Notes: a model not told the origin generated them from the letters alone. Counted from the whole stretch's first letter, positions 49,829 through 60,809 are shown. The stretch: 63,952 nt of DNA, filler included, from Licmophora abbreviata (GCA_900291995.1; 8 parts of 8 records of this genome joined end to end with filler, not necessarily neighbours in it); one strand, 5' to 3'. Translations and numbers: made by a program.

Positions 49829-51214
49829 CTAGACCACTGCGACCATGAGCAACGCAACCATCCAACCCCAAAATTCTTTGTACATACGAATACCGCCACT
49901 GCTGCTGCTGGGACTTGCAGTTGTAGCGTCAGTAGTTGGTGTAGTGGCGGCGTTGCCGGTGTCGTCGCGCGTTGGGCTGTCCGTCTTGGTAAGAGCATCA
50001 GGGGCCGGTGGAATACTGTGTTGGATCTCAGTGCTGGATGGTGAGGCAGTAGGTAGAATGGTCGGTGGTGACTCACCAGTGTGACTAGGTGAGGCACTGG
50101 GTGCCGTGCTTGGCGACGCGGTCGTCTGTATGGAGACATCAGTCGGTCCCATGGAAGGAACGACGGTCGGGTACGTACTAGGGATATCAGAAACAAGAGG
50201 AACGGCCGTCGATGGACTTGTACTGGGACTCTGGGAGGCCATCGATGGGCTATTGCTTGTCAATTCATGTGACGGTTGTCCACTAGGGTGCTCCGAAGGC
50301 GCACGAGTCAACGTCGATGGAGCCTGTGTTTTTATTTGAGCTGGGTCCTTGGTTTCTTCCGGCACGGACACTGACGGGGTGTCCGTCGGACGTATCGACG
50401 GGGACTTGCTTGGAACATGGGTTGGCTGCGCAGTAGGACTCCCTGTGGGACTTGCGGATGGATCTGGAGTCGGCAGTAGAGTCGGAGTCGAAGTCGCTTT
50501 CGATGGAGCGCCTGTAGGGGGTACTGATGGTGAGCCTGAAGGCGTCATTGACGGTGCCTCTGTTGACGGAGATATGGTAGTCGGATTGGGCGTCGATTCT
50601 GGCGTAGGAGATGGAGTGGCGAGTGATTCGACGGCGTCCAGAATATATTCCGAGTAATAAAACTCCGAAATGCCGTCGACGAAAGCATTGCGGACTACGA
50701 CAGTCACATCTAGATACATTCCCACGGCTGCTTCATTCATACGTAACGTCCCTCTCACGCTCGTCTTGTCGTTTCGGTCGGTATGCGTTAGGCCACCAAC
50801 GTGTTCGATGGCCACGCACAGATAGTCTGAAACTTGAATGTCCGTTGCGGACGGAGCAACACGAAGCGCGGATCTAGTGTCCACGGAACTGCTCTCCAGA
50901 CGAATCAGGAAGCCGCGGAAGGACGAAAGCATTGCATCTTTGGCGACCAGTTTCACAGCATAGTCTCTGCCGATTTGAATCTGTTCCGTGACACCAGGAA
51001 CGAGAGCCTTGCTGTCGAGTCGAAGCTCAAGTCCATAGTCAGAGAGATTCCCGCCACCTACTTGCGTCTGATAGACATGTGGGCCTCCCAAAGCATTCCG
51101 TGCTGGACGACAACTTCCTGCTCCGTACGGATAGGAGCAACAGAATGGAAGTAGGAACGCCAACAAGACGAGGAACAGTGGGGGGCTGTTTGAGACAGGG
51201 ACGAACGCCGACAT
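49829..51214 (-). CDS. Reeler-like domain protein with a long Pro/Thr/Ser stalk and a C-terminal hydrophobic (GPI/TM) anchor
   Basis: Signal peptide, YPYGAGSC, FRGFLIRL, GGLTH, LDVTVVVRN and YYSEY. PT/PS repeats, then SSSSGG..WGWMVALLMVAVV. Confidence 0.75.
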   Translation of the reverse strand: MSAFVPVSNSPPLFLVLLAFLLPFCCSYPYGAGSCRPARNALGGPHVYQTQVGGGNLSDYGLELRLDSKALVPGVTEQIQIGRDYAVKLVAKDAMLSSFRGFLIRLESSSVDTRSALRVAPSATDIQVSDYLCVAIEHVGGLTHTDRNDKTSVRGTLRMNEAAVGMYLDVTVVVRNAFVDGISEFYYSEYILDAVESLATPSPTPESTPNPTTISPSTEAPSMTPSGSPSVPPTGAPSKATSTPTLLPTPDPSASPTGSPTAQPTHVPSKSPSIRPTDTPSVSVPEETKDPAQIKTQAPSTLTRAPSEHPSGQPSHELTSNSPSMASQSPSTSPSTAVPLVSDIPSTYPTVVPSMGPTDVSIQTTASPSTAPSASPSHTGESPPTILPTASPSSTEIQHSIPPAPDALTKTDSPTRDDTGNAATTPTTDATTASPSSSSGGIRMYKEFWGWMVALLMVAVV

Positions 51215-51596
51215 GATATAAAATGGTAGTGTGCTGTTCGACGATGACCATGATTGTGAACGAAAAAGCAGGAGAGTGTGACTTAGATCGGAGAATGAAG
51301 TCAGTCTTGCACGAGTTGAGACGGCACTAAATTTTCACGATCGTGGACACGTCTTCGGGATGGGCGGTGCGAAGGAGGTGCATCCTCCATGATTCAGATG
51401 ATCGAAGTCGAAGGGTAGCACATAACCACTGACTAACTCATTTTAAGGATCTGATAAGACAGGTGGAGTGCTTCCATGTGTGTACCCAAACAAGGAGCAA
51501 GTCATGTGAAAGTATCAAATGCCGCTCAAAGGCGCAAGTGTCATCGAGCAATTGGATAGATCGTGGCGATACTCTCAGTCACTCATTTGTGTCGCT

Positions 51597-52331
51597 TTAC
51601 ATAGTGTACGACACCAAGGCACTCAGCATTGCGACCACAGCAGTCCCAAACACCACCATGCTGCTGAATCTACTCGCCGCCGACGTTCCACCGTCCGCCG
51701 GTGTCGGCATTTCCGTCGCCATGGGCATGCTGGCAGGCGGACTCGTGGGCGGAGTCACGGCATTCAGCGTATAGCTGGAGAAGTACCACTGCGAGATATC
51801 TTGCATCACGGAATTTCGAACCACCACCGTCACGTCCAACACCATGCCCTCTTCTGGTTCTTCCAATTGCAGCACTCCTATAGCACTCGTGACGTCTTCA
51901 CGGGAGGGATTATTATGAGTAAGACCACCCACGCTTTCGACATTGATGCAAGTCTCGACCGCCACACGAACCGCATCATCCGCGTCTCTTGGAGCCAGCG
52001 CAGCCCTCGTGTCGACAGTTCCGTCGAGACGCATCAGGAATCCACGGAAGGCGTCACCGCCGGTCGCAGTAATGGCAATCCCATGAGGTTCGCCCGTAAA
52101 CACGTCCTTGGGAGTCGCCGGGTCGAGCGCTTCACCATCGATCGAAAGTTCCAGTCCGAAAAAGGCCAAGGAATCGCCCGCGCCGTCCACTTGGGCGTTG
52201 ACGGCGTGGGCAAGGTTGGGAGTCAAGATTGCCTGTGTGCCAGGAGAGCAGGAACCGGCTCCGCTGGGGAATGCCGTAACAGAGTTCACAAGGAGCGAGG
52301 CCAAAATGAAGAACGCGCTGAAGACTCTCAT
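51597..52331 (-). CDS. Reeler-like domain protein with a short stalk and a predicted GPI signal (tandem paralog)
   Basis: MRVFSAFFILASLLVNSVTA-FPSGAGSC, FRGFLMRL, GGLTHN, LDVTVVVRN and WYFSSY. Ends TSAAS + hydrophobic tail. Confidence 0.75.
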   Translation of the reverse strand: MRVFSAFFILASLLVNSVTAFPSGAGSCSPGTQAILTPNLAHAVNAQVDGAGDSLAFFGLELSIDGEALDPATPKDVFTGEPHGIAITATGGDAFRGFLMRLDGTVDTRAALAPRDADDAVRVAVETCINVESVGGLTHNNPSREDVTSAIGVLQLEEPEEGMVLDVTVVVRNSVMQDISQWYFSSYTLNAVTPPTSPPASMPMATEMPTPADGGTSAASRFSSMVVFGTAVVAMLSALVSYTM

Positions 52332-52813
52332 TTTTGGAACAATATAAGTAAGAAGTACTGCAGTAATCGATGTAACACTTCCGATAGACTTTAGAAAGCA
52401 GCAATCGTTTCTTTGGCTTGAAGATTGCTCGGGCAGACAAAAGACTCGCAGCGTTATGTTGCCATGCAATGAGATCGATTGTGCTTTCTGTCGCTGTGTG
52501 TGCCGGCTGTGATGACAATGCTTTTGTCTCATCGTCTAAGCAAAATGGATCGGCTGGCTCTGTGACAACAATAATTTTTTAAATGTTCTTTGTACATACA
52601 AGCGCGCAGGGTATTTTTTATGCACAATATTTGACGGTCTATAAATACTCACGAAGACAGCATTCGAACTGAGTCAGTTTCGAACACACCACACCACGGC
52701 CACTGCGATGCTGCGATGGCGGCACATGATCAGCGAGCTTCCAGGACGACCATGGTGTGAAACTCACTTTAGGCCCCACCTCCGTACACCCGTCACAGAC
52801 CTAGAAAAGCACA

Positions 52814-53953
52814 ATGTCAAAGGCTTCTAACTCGTCCACTGCCGAAATCTTGACTTCCATTGGCAAGCAACTAAAGGAAGAAGTGATTGACGACAATCCT
52901 GTACCGCCGTCCCTGCAGCGGGGTCAAGAACTGGTAGAGGCACTGCAGGAGGCCGTGGGTGCACCTTCCAACATGACAATTTCGCTGCTTCAAAAGTCTC
53001 ACATTGGAGTGACATTGTCCAAGTCCATCAAAGCATTTCGCCGTCACAAACGAACCGATGCATCGAACAGCCGCGACCTCAATCAGCAGTGGACAGAATT
53101 GATTGATACGAGTCACACTTTGCTGAAGCAATGGAAACAAGCTGCCGACACTGAAAATCACAAACGAAAGGCGTCTGGTAGTGATGTCAACAACGAGGAA
53201 GACGAAGATGATATGGAACAGTCGCACCCAGCATCCGTCTCTGTATATCGAGCTCGATTGACACGGCACGGGAAGGATATGTACAAGGATCCTCCGGCTC
53301 TCCCCCCGCCACGAATTGTAGTGGAAGAAACCAAGTGTGGTTTGCCGAAGAGAGACAAGAAAACTGGACATCTTTCGTTTGCGTCAGGGTGTGACAGCAG
53401 TCTGACGAAACTGCTCAAAGACTTCCATCCAAATCGTACTCCTGAGGAAGTGTTGCGCGCGGGATCCTTTGGAGGAACCTACTTTCGGCCTATTACTTCG
53501 GCAGTCACGAACAAACGATACGTGGCAAGTGAAGTGTTAAGGGAAACTGTACCTTTTAACTGGATTGACGGGCTTGATAAGAAGACGCTGTTAACGTCGG
53601 CCACGTACAGACCGCAAGTCAACAAGTACGGTGTCAAGTGTGGTGGATCGCTGGGCATGTGGGAAAGCAGTGGCTGGATCGCAGACGTGGATCCGTACGG
53701 CTGGTTTCAGTGGTATTGTCGATTTTATCAAGGCCGCCGCTGTTCGGACGACGAGAGACAGATATCTCGTTGGCTCAGGAGTGCAGGGCCCAAGGGACGG
53801 TTCCGCAGCCAACTTTGCAACAAGATTCTCGCGGCCAATACGCGACACGATAACGCGACCATCAGTCCAGTCATTCGCCAAACATTGCTGCATTGGGGGC
53901 TAGAAATCACGCCTACCGTCCTAGACCAGCACAAGAAGCGGGTCAGCAAGTAG
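52814..53953 (+). CDS. Conserved uncharacterised protein: TFIIS-N-like helical N-terminus plus a C-terminal 'FGGTYFR/DPYGWFQWY' domain
   Basis: MTISLLQKSHIGVTL..LLKQWK (TFIIS-N/LW-like). FHPNRTPEEVLRAGSFGGTYFR, NKYGVKCG, DPYGWFQWYCRFY.GRR..DDERQI.RW and RQTLLHW. Confidence 0.7.
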   Translation: MSKASNSSTAEILTSIGKQLKEEVIDDNPVPPSLQRGQELVEALQEAVGAPSNMTISLLQKSHIGVTLSKSIKAFRRHKRTDASNSRDLNQQWTELIDTSHTLLKQWKQAADTENHKRKASGSDVNNEEDEDDMEQSHPASVSVYRARLTRHGKDMYKDPPALPPPRIVVEETKCGLPKRDKKTGHLSFASGCDSSLTKLLKDFHPNRTPEEVLRAGSFGGTYFRPITSAVTNKRYVASEVLRETVPFNWIDGLDKKTLLTSATYRPQVNKYGVKCGGSLGMWESSGWIADVDPYGWFQWYCRFYQGRRCSDDERQISRWLRSAGPKGRFRSQLCNKILAANTRHDNATISPVIRQTLLHWGLEITPTVLDQHKKRVSK

Positions 53954-54153
53954 ATTCTTCGTGTTCCTATCTCTAGTCCATTTCGATTATATGTGTATGA
54001 AAACGTGTAGCTCTAGACACTTTTTTCTCTATGGGAATCATTGCCAGAGCCCACGATCTTTCCAGCAATATAGAAGCAGCTCAAGTTAACACAGTGTAGG
54101 AAACCATGCCAAAGGACGAAGGCTGTCGTCTTGTAGGTCTTAATGTGATCCTC

Positions 54154-54582
54154 TCAAATAGGTTCTGTCTGACCTTTGTCAAAGCCAACAAGCGAAAACA
54201 GCGTTGCAAAGTAAAGTCCTGCGGTGACAAGAATCAAGCTCTTCCCGTCGATCTTCGCCTTGTGGTATTGCTTGTAGAAGAAAACACCAGCACTCGTGAC
54301 ATAAAGCAGTCCAAACGGAGGAGCGATGTCAAACAGAAAAGGAAACGTCTCAGGGAAAAGCTCGGCAGCCGCAACGGGGCACAAGATCGCAGGGGCGATC
54401 CATTTCATGGCAGAATCTTTTCCAAAGATGCCCCACGCTATCTGGATGGGCTGGACGGTGTGTGCCACCGCAAAAATGTCATACCGAAGCGCTATTTTCG
54501 AAGCGACAGAGCTGGAGAGCAGGAACGTATCGATGATGGTACGATCAGCCAAGAAGTGTGGCGCCGTCATCGCCATCATCAA
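54154..54582 (-). CDS. Hypothetical small membrane protein (start uncertain)
   Basis: 142-aa ORF with several hydrophobic segments; no family recognised. Confidence 0.35.
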   Translation of the reverse strand: MMMAMTAPHFLADRTIIDTFLLSSSVASKIALRYDIFAVAHTVQPIQIAWGIFGKDSAMKWIAPAILCPVAAAELFPETFPFLFDIAPPFGLLYVTSAGVFFYKQYHKAKIDGKSLILVTAGLYFATLFSLVGFDKGQTEPI

Positions 54583-54811
54583 TCACATGATCACGTCAAT
54601 CGCGTCTCGTGAGTGAGGTCCGCGCGCCCGGCGACGTACCGCGTAAAGAAAAACGGAAAACGCCGCGGACGCGACCACAATTTCAAAATTGTATGATGTT
54701 GAAGTGCGGACAGCAATAAGACGCTTGACTTTTGCCTATGTGACTTGACTCGTTCATAGAAGAAAACAATTTGAACTTGGTTCAGCGCACGTCACACTCG
54801 ATTCGGGGTCT

Positions 54812-55282
54812 ATGGATTGTTTGAAGGATTGGTCGCCCGTGTACGGACCGAAGAAATGGATCTTCATTAACGGCTTTTGCTGTCTTGCCGCGGCTCTCCT
54901 CTGTTGCTCCGCCATTCTTCATGCCGATAGCATAGACAGGCAGGCCTATGTGTTATACAATATCACTTCAAGTGTGATATGGTTTCTTGAAGCAAGTCTG
55001 ATCATTCGATTTCAGAACGTACACACTTCGTGGGAGCAAAGACTCGAGATGCTCATCGCGGCATATTTCTTTTTCGACTCCGCGGTCGAGATGCTTCGAT
55101 GGAAGCTCACAGAGATACTTCAGTGGCACATCATAGTGGATTCATTGATTGATTTTACGGTCTACGCCTACTATCTTTGGCTGGCAATACGAACGGAGCT
55201 ACATGGATCGACGACTGCCGACGACGAGTACATTAGAGGCGGCATGATTCTTCCGCACCGCGAAGGATTCGTAATGGTGTGA
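54812..55282 (+). CDS. Hypothetical 4-TM membrane protein
   Basis: ATG-initiated 156-aa ORF with four hydrophobic helices. Confidence 0.55.
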   Translation: MDCLKDWSPVYGPKKWIFINGFCCLAAALLCCSAILHADSIDRQAYVLYNITSSVIWFLEASLIIRFQNVHTSWEQRLEMLIAAYFFFDSAVEMLRWKLTEILQWHIIVDSLIDFTVYAYYLWLAIRTELHGSTTADDEYIRGGMILPHREGFVMV

Positions 55283-55500
55283 CAACAATAGTATAGTAGA
55301 GTTGGACGGCCCCTCCTACATAGTAAGTGTACAGTAACAATCAGGCGAGGTAATGTTCTTTTGGTATTTACAGTGTTCGTCCTTCCTCATGCATCGCCAT
55401 NNNNNNNNNNNNNNNNNNNNNNNNNNNNNNNNNNNNNNNNNNNNTTAATTAATTAANNNNNNNNNNNNNNNNNNNNNNNNNNNNNNNNNNNNNNNNNNNN

Positions 55501-56962
55501 CCGCGAAATGGCGTCTTCCGATTGTTGCTGGTGGTACTGGTGTGTGACGCTTTTCAGGCGGCAGCTTGCGTCGCTCTGTTCCACGGTGCGGGGTGGGGGA
55601 TGGTGCTGTTGTTGACGTGCGACAGTGCCTTGCTGGGAATTGACGTGATTTGTCATATTCTTCGCCATGCCGCGCAAGCACTGGAAGAACGACATGGACG
55701 ACACTGTATCGGAATTGGAAGACCGACAGCTCATGTTGCATCGACAGCCGCTTCAACAACAGCAGCAGGGAAATGTTGAGGATCAGCAAGAGAATGAAAC
55801 GTCGCACGACGATGCCGACAACGACTGGGAAGAGGTCGACAATGAGTGGGAGGAAGATGAGTTGAGGCGAGAGGAATCGCGACACTTGGATCGTCGCATG
55901 GAAATCATGGAGACGGCCCATACTCGAAGGCTCAGTGTTCTCGACACGGCCGTCTTTATCATGCAGCTGCTCACGTATCTCATTACGGTGATTCACTTTC
56001 TTCACATTTGGTCTTTGCACGGCTTGCAGTTCACATTGATTGACGGAGTCCTAGCGTTGCATTTGCATTCGGCATTGACAGCGGCAGGAAAGAAGATCAC
56101 GGAACGACGCAACTTGAATCGGATTGCTCGGGATCTAGATGGACTCTTTGACGATGCATCTGAGATGGACTTGCGCAAGGCGAGTGCAACTGGCGACGTG
56201 TGTTGCATTTGTCTTGGCACCATGTCCACAGGCAATGTCAAGAAGGTGGGATGTGGACACCTGTATCATACTCACTGTTTACGGGAGGTCGTGGAGCGTG
56301 CCCGCTCTTTGGAAGCGGCCAAGTGTCCCTTGTGCCGTGCATCAGTGCTAGATGGCAGACCATCTCACAACTCAAGCTCTGCTGTCAACAATAACAACAA
56401 CCCCAACAACGATGCCCCGCCCGTTGATGCGGCGGAGACTGCCCAACAGCAGGTCCTCCTGGGCGAGCGCGCCTTGTTCAGTTTTTCGACCGAGAATATC
56501 ATACCGGCATGGCTTCCTGTTCCTGCCTTCTCCTTCGAGGTGGTCCGACGCGCACCCGCTGCACCGCGTCCCGCTCAGAATCGACAAGCCGTCGATCCAG
56601 CTCGTCAACGTGCGGCGAACGACGACGAGGAGCGACCAGACGCTGACGAGCCACCGCCACAGCAGCCTCAGGGGCAGTCATTTCTGAGACGTCTCTTCAT
56701 GATGAGCGGCCTTGTTTCAATGTCACCAGAAGAAGAAGCGATTGCTTTAGAGCAGCTCGTCGACATGTTTCCTCAGTACGAGCGAGCCGATCTGCTACGG
56801 GAGCTACGGGATCGAGGATCGTCGGAAGCAGTGGTGGAGGCGGTTCTTATGGGACTCTTCATCGGTGTTCCACGGAGAGGAGCAGTTACGGAGGTTGTCG
56901 GAACAAACGCTAATGAGCAAGTTGAGGAAGTGGCAGCGCAAGAGGGGACAGTGACAACTTGA
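55501..56962 (+). CDS. RING-H2 E3 ubiquitin ligase with a CUE domain (gp78/AMFR/HRD1-like, ERAD); 5' end in gap
   Basis: TM segments, CCICLGTM..VGCGHLYHTHCL..CPLCR, and C-terminal LEQLVDMFPQ (CUE). Confidence 0.85.
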
Positions 56963-57262
56963 TCGGGACCAAGAAGGACAATGCTTTTTTGAGGAGGCTA
57001 TCCGTGTACGCTACATTATTAGGTTTATTTCACTTTTATACATCAGAGGCAGAACTTCATTTGTGTCGCACATCTCCTGTTAGTTGGTTGCTTCGGAAGC
57101 CTTACATACAAGTAGGCTCTCTCTATCGAGATCGCATAGAAACATCGGCGCCCACAACAGAGAAATACGAGCTCCGAGTCAGACCTCGCGCGCCGGATTC
57201 AAAAAAGCTTCACACACGACACAAAAAGTAAACACGACATCATCATCGTCGTCTCGTCGACC

Positions 57263-59431
57263 ATGGCGCCACCAACGGGACTGTCGATCGGCCGCGATTC
57301 GCGCAATCCCACATGGCGTGTGGGGAAGAAGATTGGGGAGGGTGTCTGTGGCACGGTGCATGAGCTGAAGAGTACGGATTCGAATGAGAAATGGGCCATC
57401 AAGATGGCTCCCCTTCCCGGAACCGCTAAGGGCGCCAAGAAGAAAACACTCGAACGAAATGCCAATCTTTTGAACATGGAGAAACTCATGTACACTGCTC
57501 AGCTGAACAGTCTTCGTGGAACGATGATTCCACAGATTCCCTCGAGTAAGGGACCGCCCGACTCCGGAGATATCGACGGTAAGTCGCGTTTCGATGGATC
57601 GGGGTATGCACCAAAGCCCCAGCGTATATGCGACCCATACTTGCCAATGCTTGTTGACGTATTTTCGTTCTCTGCAGGTTTTCGTTACCTAGTCATGGAA
57701 CATATGGAAGCCCCGCTCTGGGATGTCGTTCCTGCTTTGTTGAAAAACGCGAAGCAAGGAGGAAAGATTCCCTTTGGCGCCGTCGCTTGTCGCATGCTAG
57801 ATTGCATCGAAGCCATTCACGGGCATCACTTGCTCTTCGTCGACGTCAAACCTGAGAATTTCATGCTCTCCCGTGTCGGTAAGACGGTTGCATCCCAGAT
57901 TCGCATGATTGACTTGGGGTTGCTTCAGGACATGCGTCGCGTCGGAGGCATGCGTCCCAACGAGTCGGGCAAAGACATGGTGGGCACACCGCTCTACGCG
58001 TCGTTGAATGTGCACGAGGGCCATACCATTGGACCGCGGGACGATCTCGAGGCTGTGGGCTATGTCATTGGAGAACTCATTCTCGTGCTGCAAGCCGCGG
58101 TACAAGGGAAAACTCGCAAGGACGACGAGAGTCTCTTGCCATGGAGCAATGGAACATCAGATGAGCATATTCATCAGCTCAAGCAGCAAGAGCTCACTAG
58201 TACTCGATCGTCATTCTTTTCGGGTATGAGCGTCGGTGGAAATGATTCTGTGGAACGCATCATGCGAGAATACTTTAGCACTGTTCAGAGTCTCCGGTAC
58301 AAGTCCAAACCCGACTACGACGCACTTCGAGACTTGTTGAGCGGCCTGGATCTGGTCCTACCGGCAAAGAAGAAGAAAGGCCGTGCTGCGAGCAAGACGA
58401 CGCCTGCCAAGGGTCGCGCAAAGACAGCGGCTCCGCCACCTATCGAAACGACGAGAAGCACCGGTCGAACTACGCGTAGTGGCGCTGCCGCCAAGCGACC
58501 ATCCCCCCGAGATGATGACGATGCTCCCGCCAAGTTCAGACGTGTGATTGACGTGGACCACAGCGACGAGTCTGGGGAAGATTACGTCACATGTCCCGAC
58601 GGAGCCATGGATTGGGAAGCCGTACAGGACGAGAATGAGGAACCATCGGGACCCATGCTTGGAGCAAAGCTGATCTTCACCGAAGGCCCCCACAAGGGCG
58701 AATCGTTCTCCTTGTTGAAAGGTAGAATCGAGACGATTGTTCTCGGTGGTCGTCCCAGTGCAGCCGACGGTAGCATCTTTCGCCTTGACGACCGTACCGT
58801 CGATGCCTCCCACGCAAGACTTGTTCTCAAGGCCACCAAGAGACTCCAGTCGATAGATGTTTTCGACATGAAGTCGGAGTCCGGCACCTACGTGAACCGA
58901 AATCGCGTCGCCCGCGGAAAGGATTGCAAGGCCTTCAACAGCGATATCATTCAAATTGGAGACTCCAAAATAAAGGTGTATGTCGTCAACAAGAAGGGTG
59001 AACCCAAGCGAACAGCTGTGGCCGCTCGAGCGTCGGTTGGATCCCCTTTGGACGAAGACGTCGTCATGCAGGAAGCTAGCAACTCGGCGCCGAGCGGTCC
59101 GCGCATCCAGTTGCTTTTTGTTGAGGGTCCGCTCAAGAATCAATCCATCGTCTTCCAGAAGGGTGAACTTGAGGTACTTACTCTCGGTTCCAATCCTACG
59201 GCGAAGAAAGGCGAGACGCATGCCATCCGTGGCCAGTCCATCGACGCCAACCATGCTCGGCTCGAACTCAGCGTGACGCGTAAGATTCCGAAGGTTGTCG
59301 TGTACGATCTCATGTCCAAGGAAGGAACATTCGTGAAGAACGAACGAATCGCGAAAGGAAAGGATTGCGCTGCTTTTCGAAACGATCGCATCCGCATCGG
59401 TGACAATGTCATGATCCTCAAGAGTGCATGA
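57263..59431 (+). CDS. CK1/VRK-like Ser/Thr kinase with two C-terminal FHA-like domains; intron 57579-57677
   Basis: KIGEGVCG, WAIK, FVDVKPENF, IDLG, GTPLYAS, RDDLE and PDYD. Two repeats of EGP.KG..F....LG....D..HARL...D..S..GT.V. Confidence 0.88.
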   Translation: MAPPTGLSIGRDSRNPTWRVGKKIGEGVCGTVHELKSTDSNEKWAIKMAPLPGTAKGAKKKTLERNANLLNMEKLMYTAQLNSLRGTMIPQIPSSKGPPDSGDIDGKSRFDGSGYAPKPQRICDPYLPMLVDVFSFSAGFRYLVMEHMEAPLWDVVPALLKNAKQGGKIPFGAVACRMLDCIEAIHGHHLLFVDVKPENFMLSRVGKTVASQIRMIDLGLLQDMRRVGGMRPNESGKDMVGTPLYASLNVHEGHTIGPRDDLEAVGYVIGELILVLQAAVQGKTRKDDESLLPWSNGTSDEHIHQLKQQELTSTRSSFFSGMSVGGNDSVERIMREYFSTVQSLRYKSKPDYDALRDLLSGLDLVLPAKKKKGRAASKTTPAKGRAKTAAPPPIETTRSTGRTTRSGAAAKRPSPRDDDDAPAKFRRVIDVDHSDESGEDYVTCPDGAMDWEAVQDENEEPSGPMLGAKLIFTEGPHKGESFSLLKGRIETIVLGGRPSAADGSIFRLDDRTVDASHARLVLKATKRLQSIDVFDMKSESGTYVNRNRVARGKDCKAFNSDIIQIGDSKIKVYVVNKKGEPKRTAVAARASVGSPLDEDVVMQEASNSAPSGPRIQLLFVEGPLKNQSIVFQKGELEVLTLGSNPTAKKGETHAIRGQSIDANHARLELSVTRKIPKVVVYDLMSKEGTFVKNERIAKGKDCAAFRNDRIRIGDNVMILKSA

Positions 59432-59906
59432 AGTGCCTTGTGTCATTGGATCAGGCTGCGCCTAGTGTACTTTGACTCATGTCGATTCAGTAACGTAGGT
59501 TTTCTAGTTTAAACTATACGATAGTATTGGTTTGAAAGCATCACTTTGCCTAAGGTACGGTTCTCCCGGGCTGCAAGGAGCGGAGGCCCTCCCGGTACAC
59601 GGCACCCGTCGAACGCCCCAATAGGTCCGATGAGCGGTCGAGCAACTTTGTAAAAATATTGCAATAGTCCTCATGGACTCGTTAGTATCATATGAGAGCA
59701 CGGCATCAAACTTTGACAAGCAGAAAATGTCAACTGGCATTCTCCACTTATGAGGCGTCTCAAATTCCAAACTTTCCCGCCAAACTCTGACGGCGATCAT
59801 GATGATGAGTCTGACGCATCAAGGAAGCACATTATCAGCTATAGTTTGCCAGCTGCAATTGTTTACCTTTTGCATCCCAACCCCAACTGAAACCGAGCCA
59901 CTAAAG

Positions 59907-60809
59907 ATGCGTTCGACTCTCGTAGCCCTCGCCGTCAGCGAATTGCTGATCCAGGGAGCTTCTGGCTTCTCCTGGAACACGCCGAGGTGCCGCACGGGGA
60001 CAGCGCTATTCGCCAAGGCTTACATCAATCGACGAGATCTACTGGCGTCATCACTGGCTCTCGTTGCATTACCTTTGAGCGGTGCTAACGCTGCTGCCCC
60101 AGCTATACAGGACTCGTTAGACGTCGAAAACTTTCTGCGAACAGGCGTCGACGCGGGCGGCAACATGGGCGTGTCTAGCCAAGCAGGCAAGTCGCGTCCG
60201 CAGACCGGAATTGTCTTTCGGGACGGCAGTGATGTTTTTCAAGACAAACAAGGCTCCGTCGCCGCGGAGATTCTCACGGGCACGAAGGCCGACCCGCAAG
60301 CAGTCTTGGTGAGCTTTGTGAGTCCCTGGAAGCTGGAGACTGGACCGGTGTTTGATGTCGAGACTCGAGATTCGCGCACCGGCGTTGGAGCATTTTTGGC
60401 GGTGACCAAGAGTGTGGGCGGGAAGTCACTTGCAGACTTGCCCTCTAGCTTCTTTCTAGAACGACTCTTTGATTCGACAGGTCGCTTTTCCTTTTATGGC
60501 TCTCCTACCGACGTCAAAGTCAAAAGGAGCACGACCGAGGGAAACACTAGGTTTATCGAGGTAGGCTTCTCCAACTTGTCCCAGTCGACCAACGCCGAGA
60601 TTCCGCGCACTGCCTTGTTGGCGGCTACTATTCCAGAGGGTACTGATAATGCTGTCATGTTGGTGGGAAGTGCCACTGCAGCGCAATGGCGAAAGGGATC
60701 CGACGAGGCGGTTCGAAGAACTGTGGGATCCTTTCGTGCCATTCCAGCTCCCAAGACTAATATGAAGCTGCGGGCCAAGCAACGTGGAGGGGAACCAATC
60801 GAGTTTTGA
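59907..60809 (+). CDS. Thylakoid-lumen PsbP-like domain protein (tripartite targeting)
   Basis: Signal peptide ..GASG-F, transit peptide, twin-Arg NRRDLL + hydrophobic stretch + ANA cleavage site. The C-terminus R..L.AT....VMLVGSATAAQW...VRRTVGSFRA is typical of the PsbP fold. Confidence 0.7.
   Translation: MRSTLVALAVSELLIQGASGFSWNTPRCRTGTALFAKAYINRRDLLASSLALVALPLSGANAAAPAIQDSLDVENFLRTGVDAGGNMGVSSQAGKSRPQTGIVFRDGSDVFQDKQGSVAAEILTGTKADPQAVLVSFVSPWKLETGPVFDVETRDSRTGVGAFLAVTKSVGGKSLADLPSSFFLERLFDSTGRFSFYGSPTDVKVKRSTTEGNTRFIEVGFSNLSQSTNAEIPRTALLAATIPEGTDNAVMLVGSATAAQWRKGSDEAVRRTVGSFRAIPAPKTNMKLRAKQRGGEPIEF

Noticed and set aside
52255..52331. VTA-FP looks like a plastid-targeting cleavage motif
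   Set aside because: FPxGAGSC is the conserved start of the Reeler-like domain shared with the paralogs, and the protein has a GPI-like tail.
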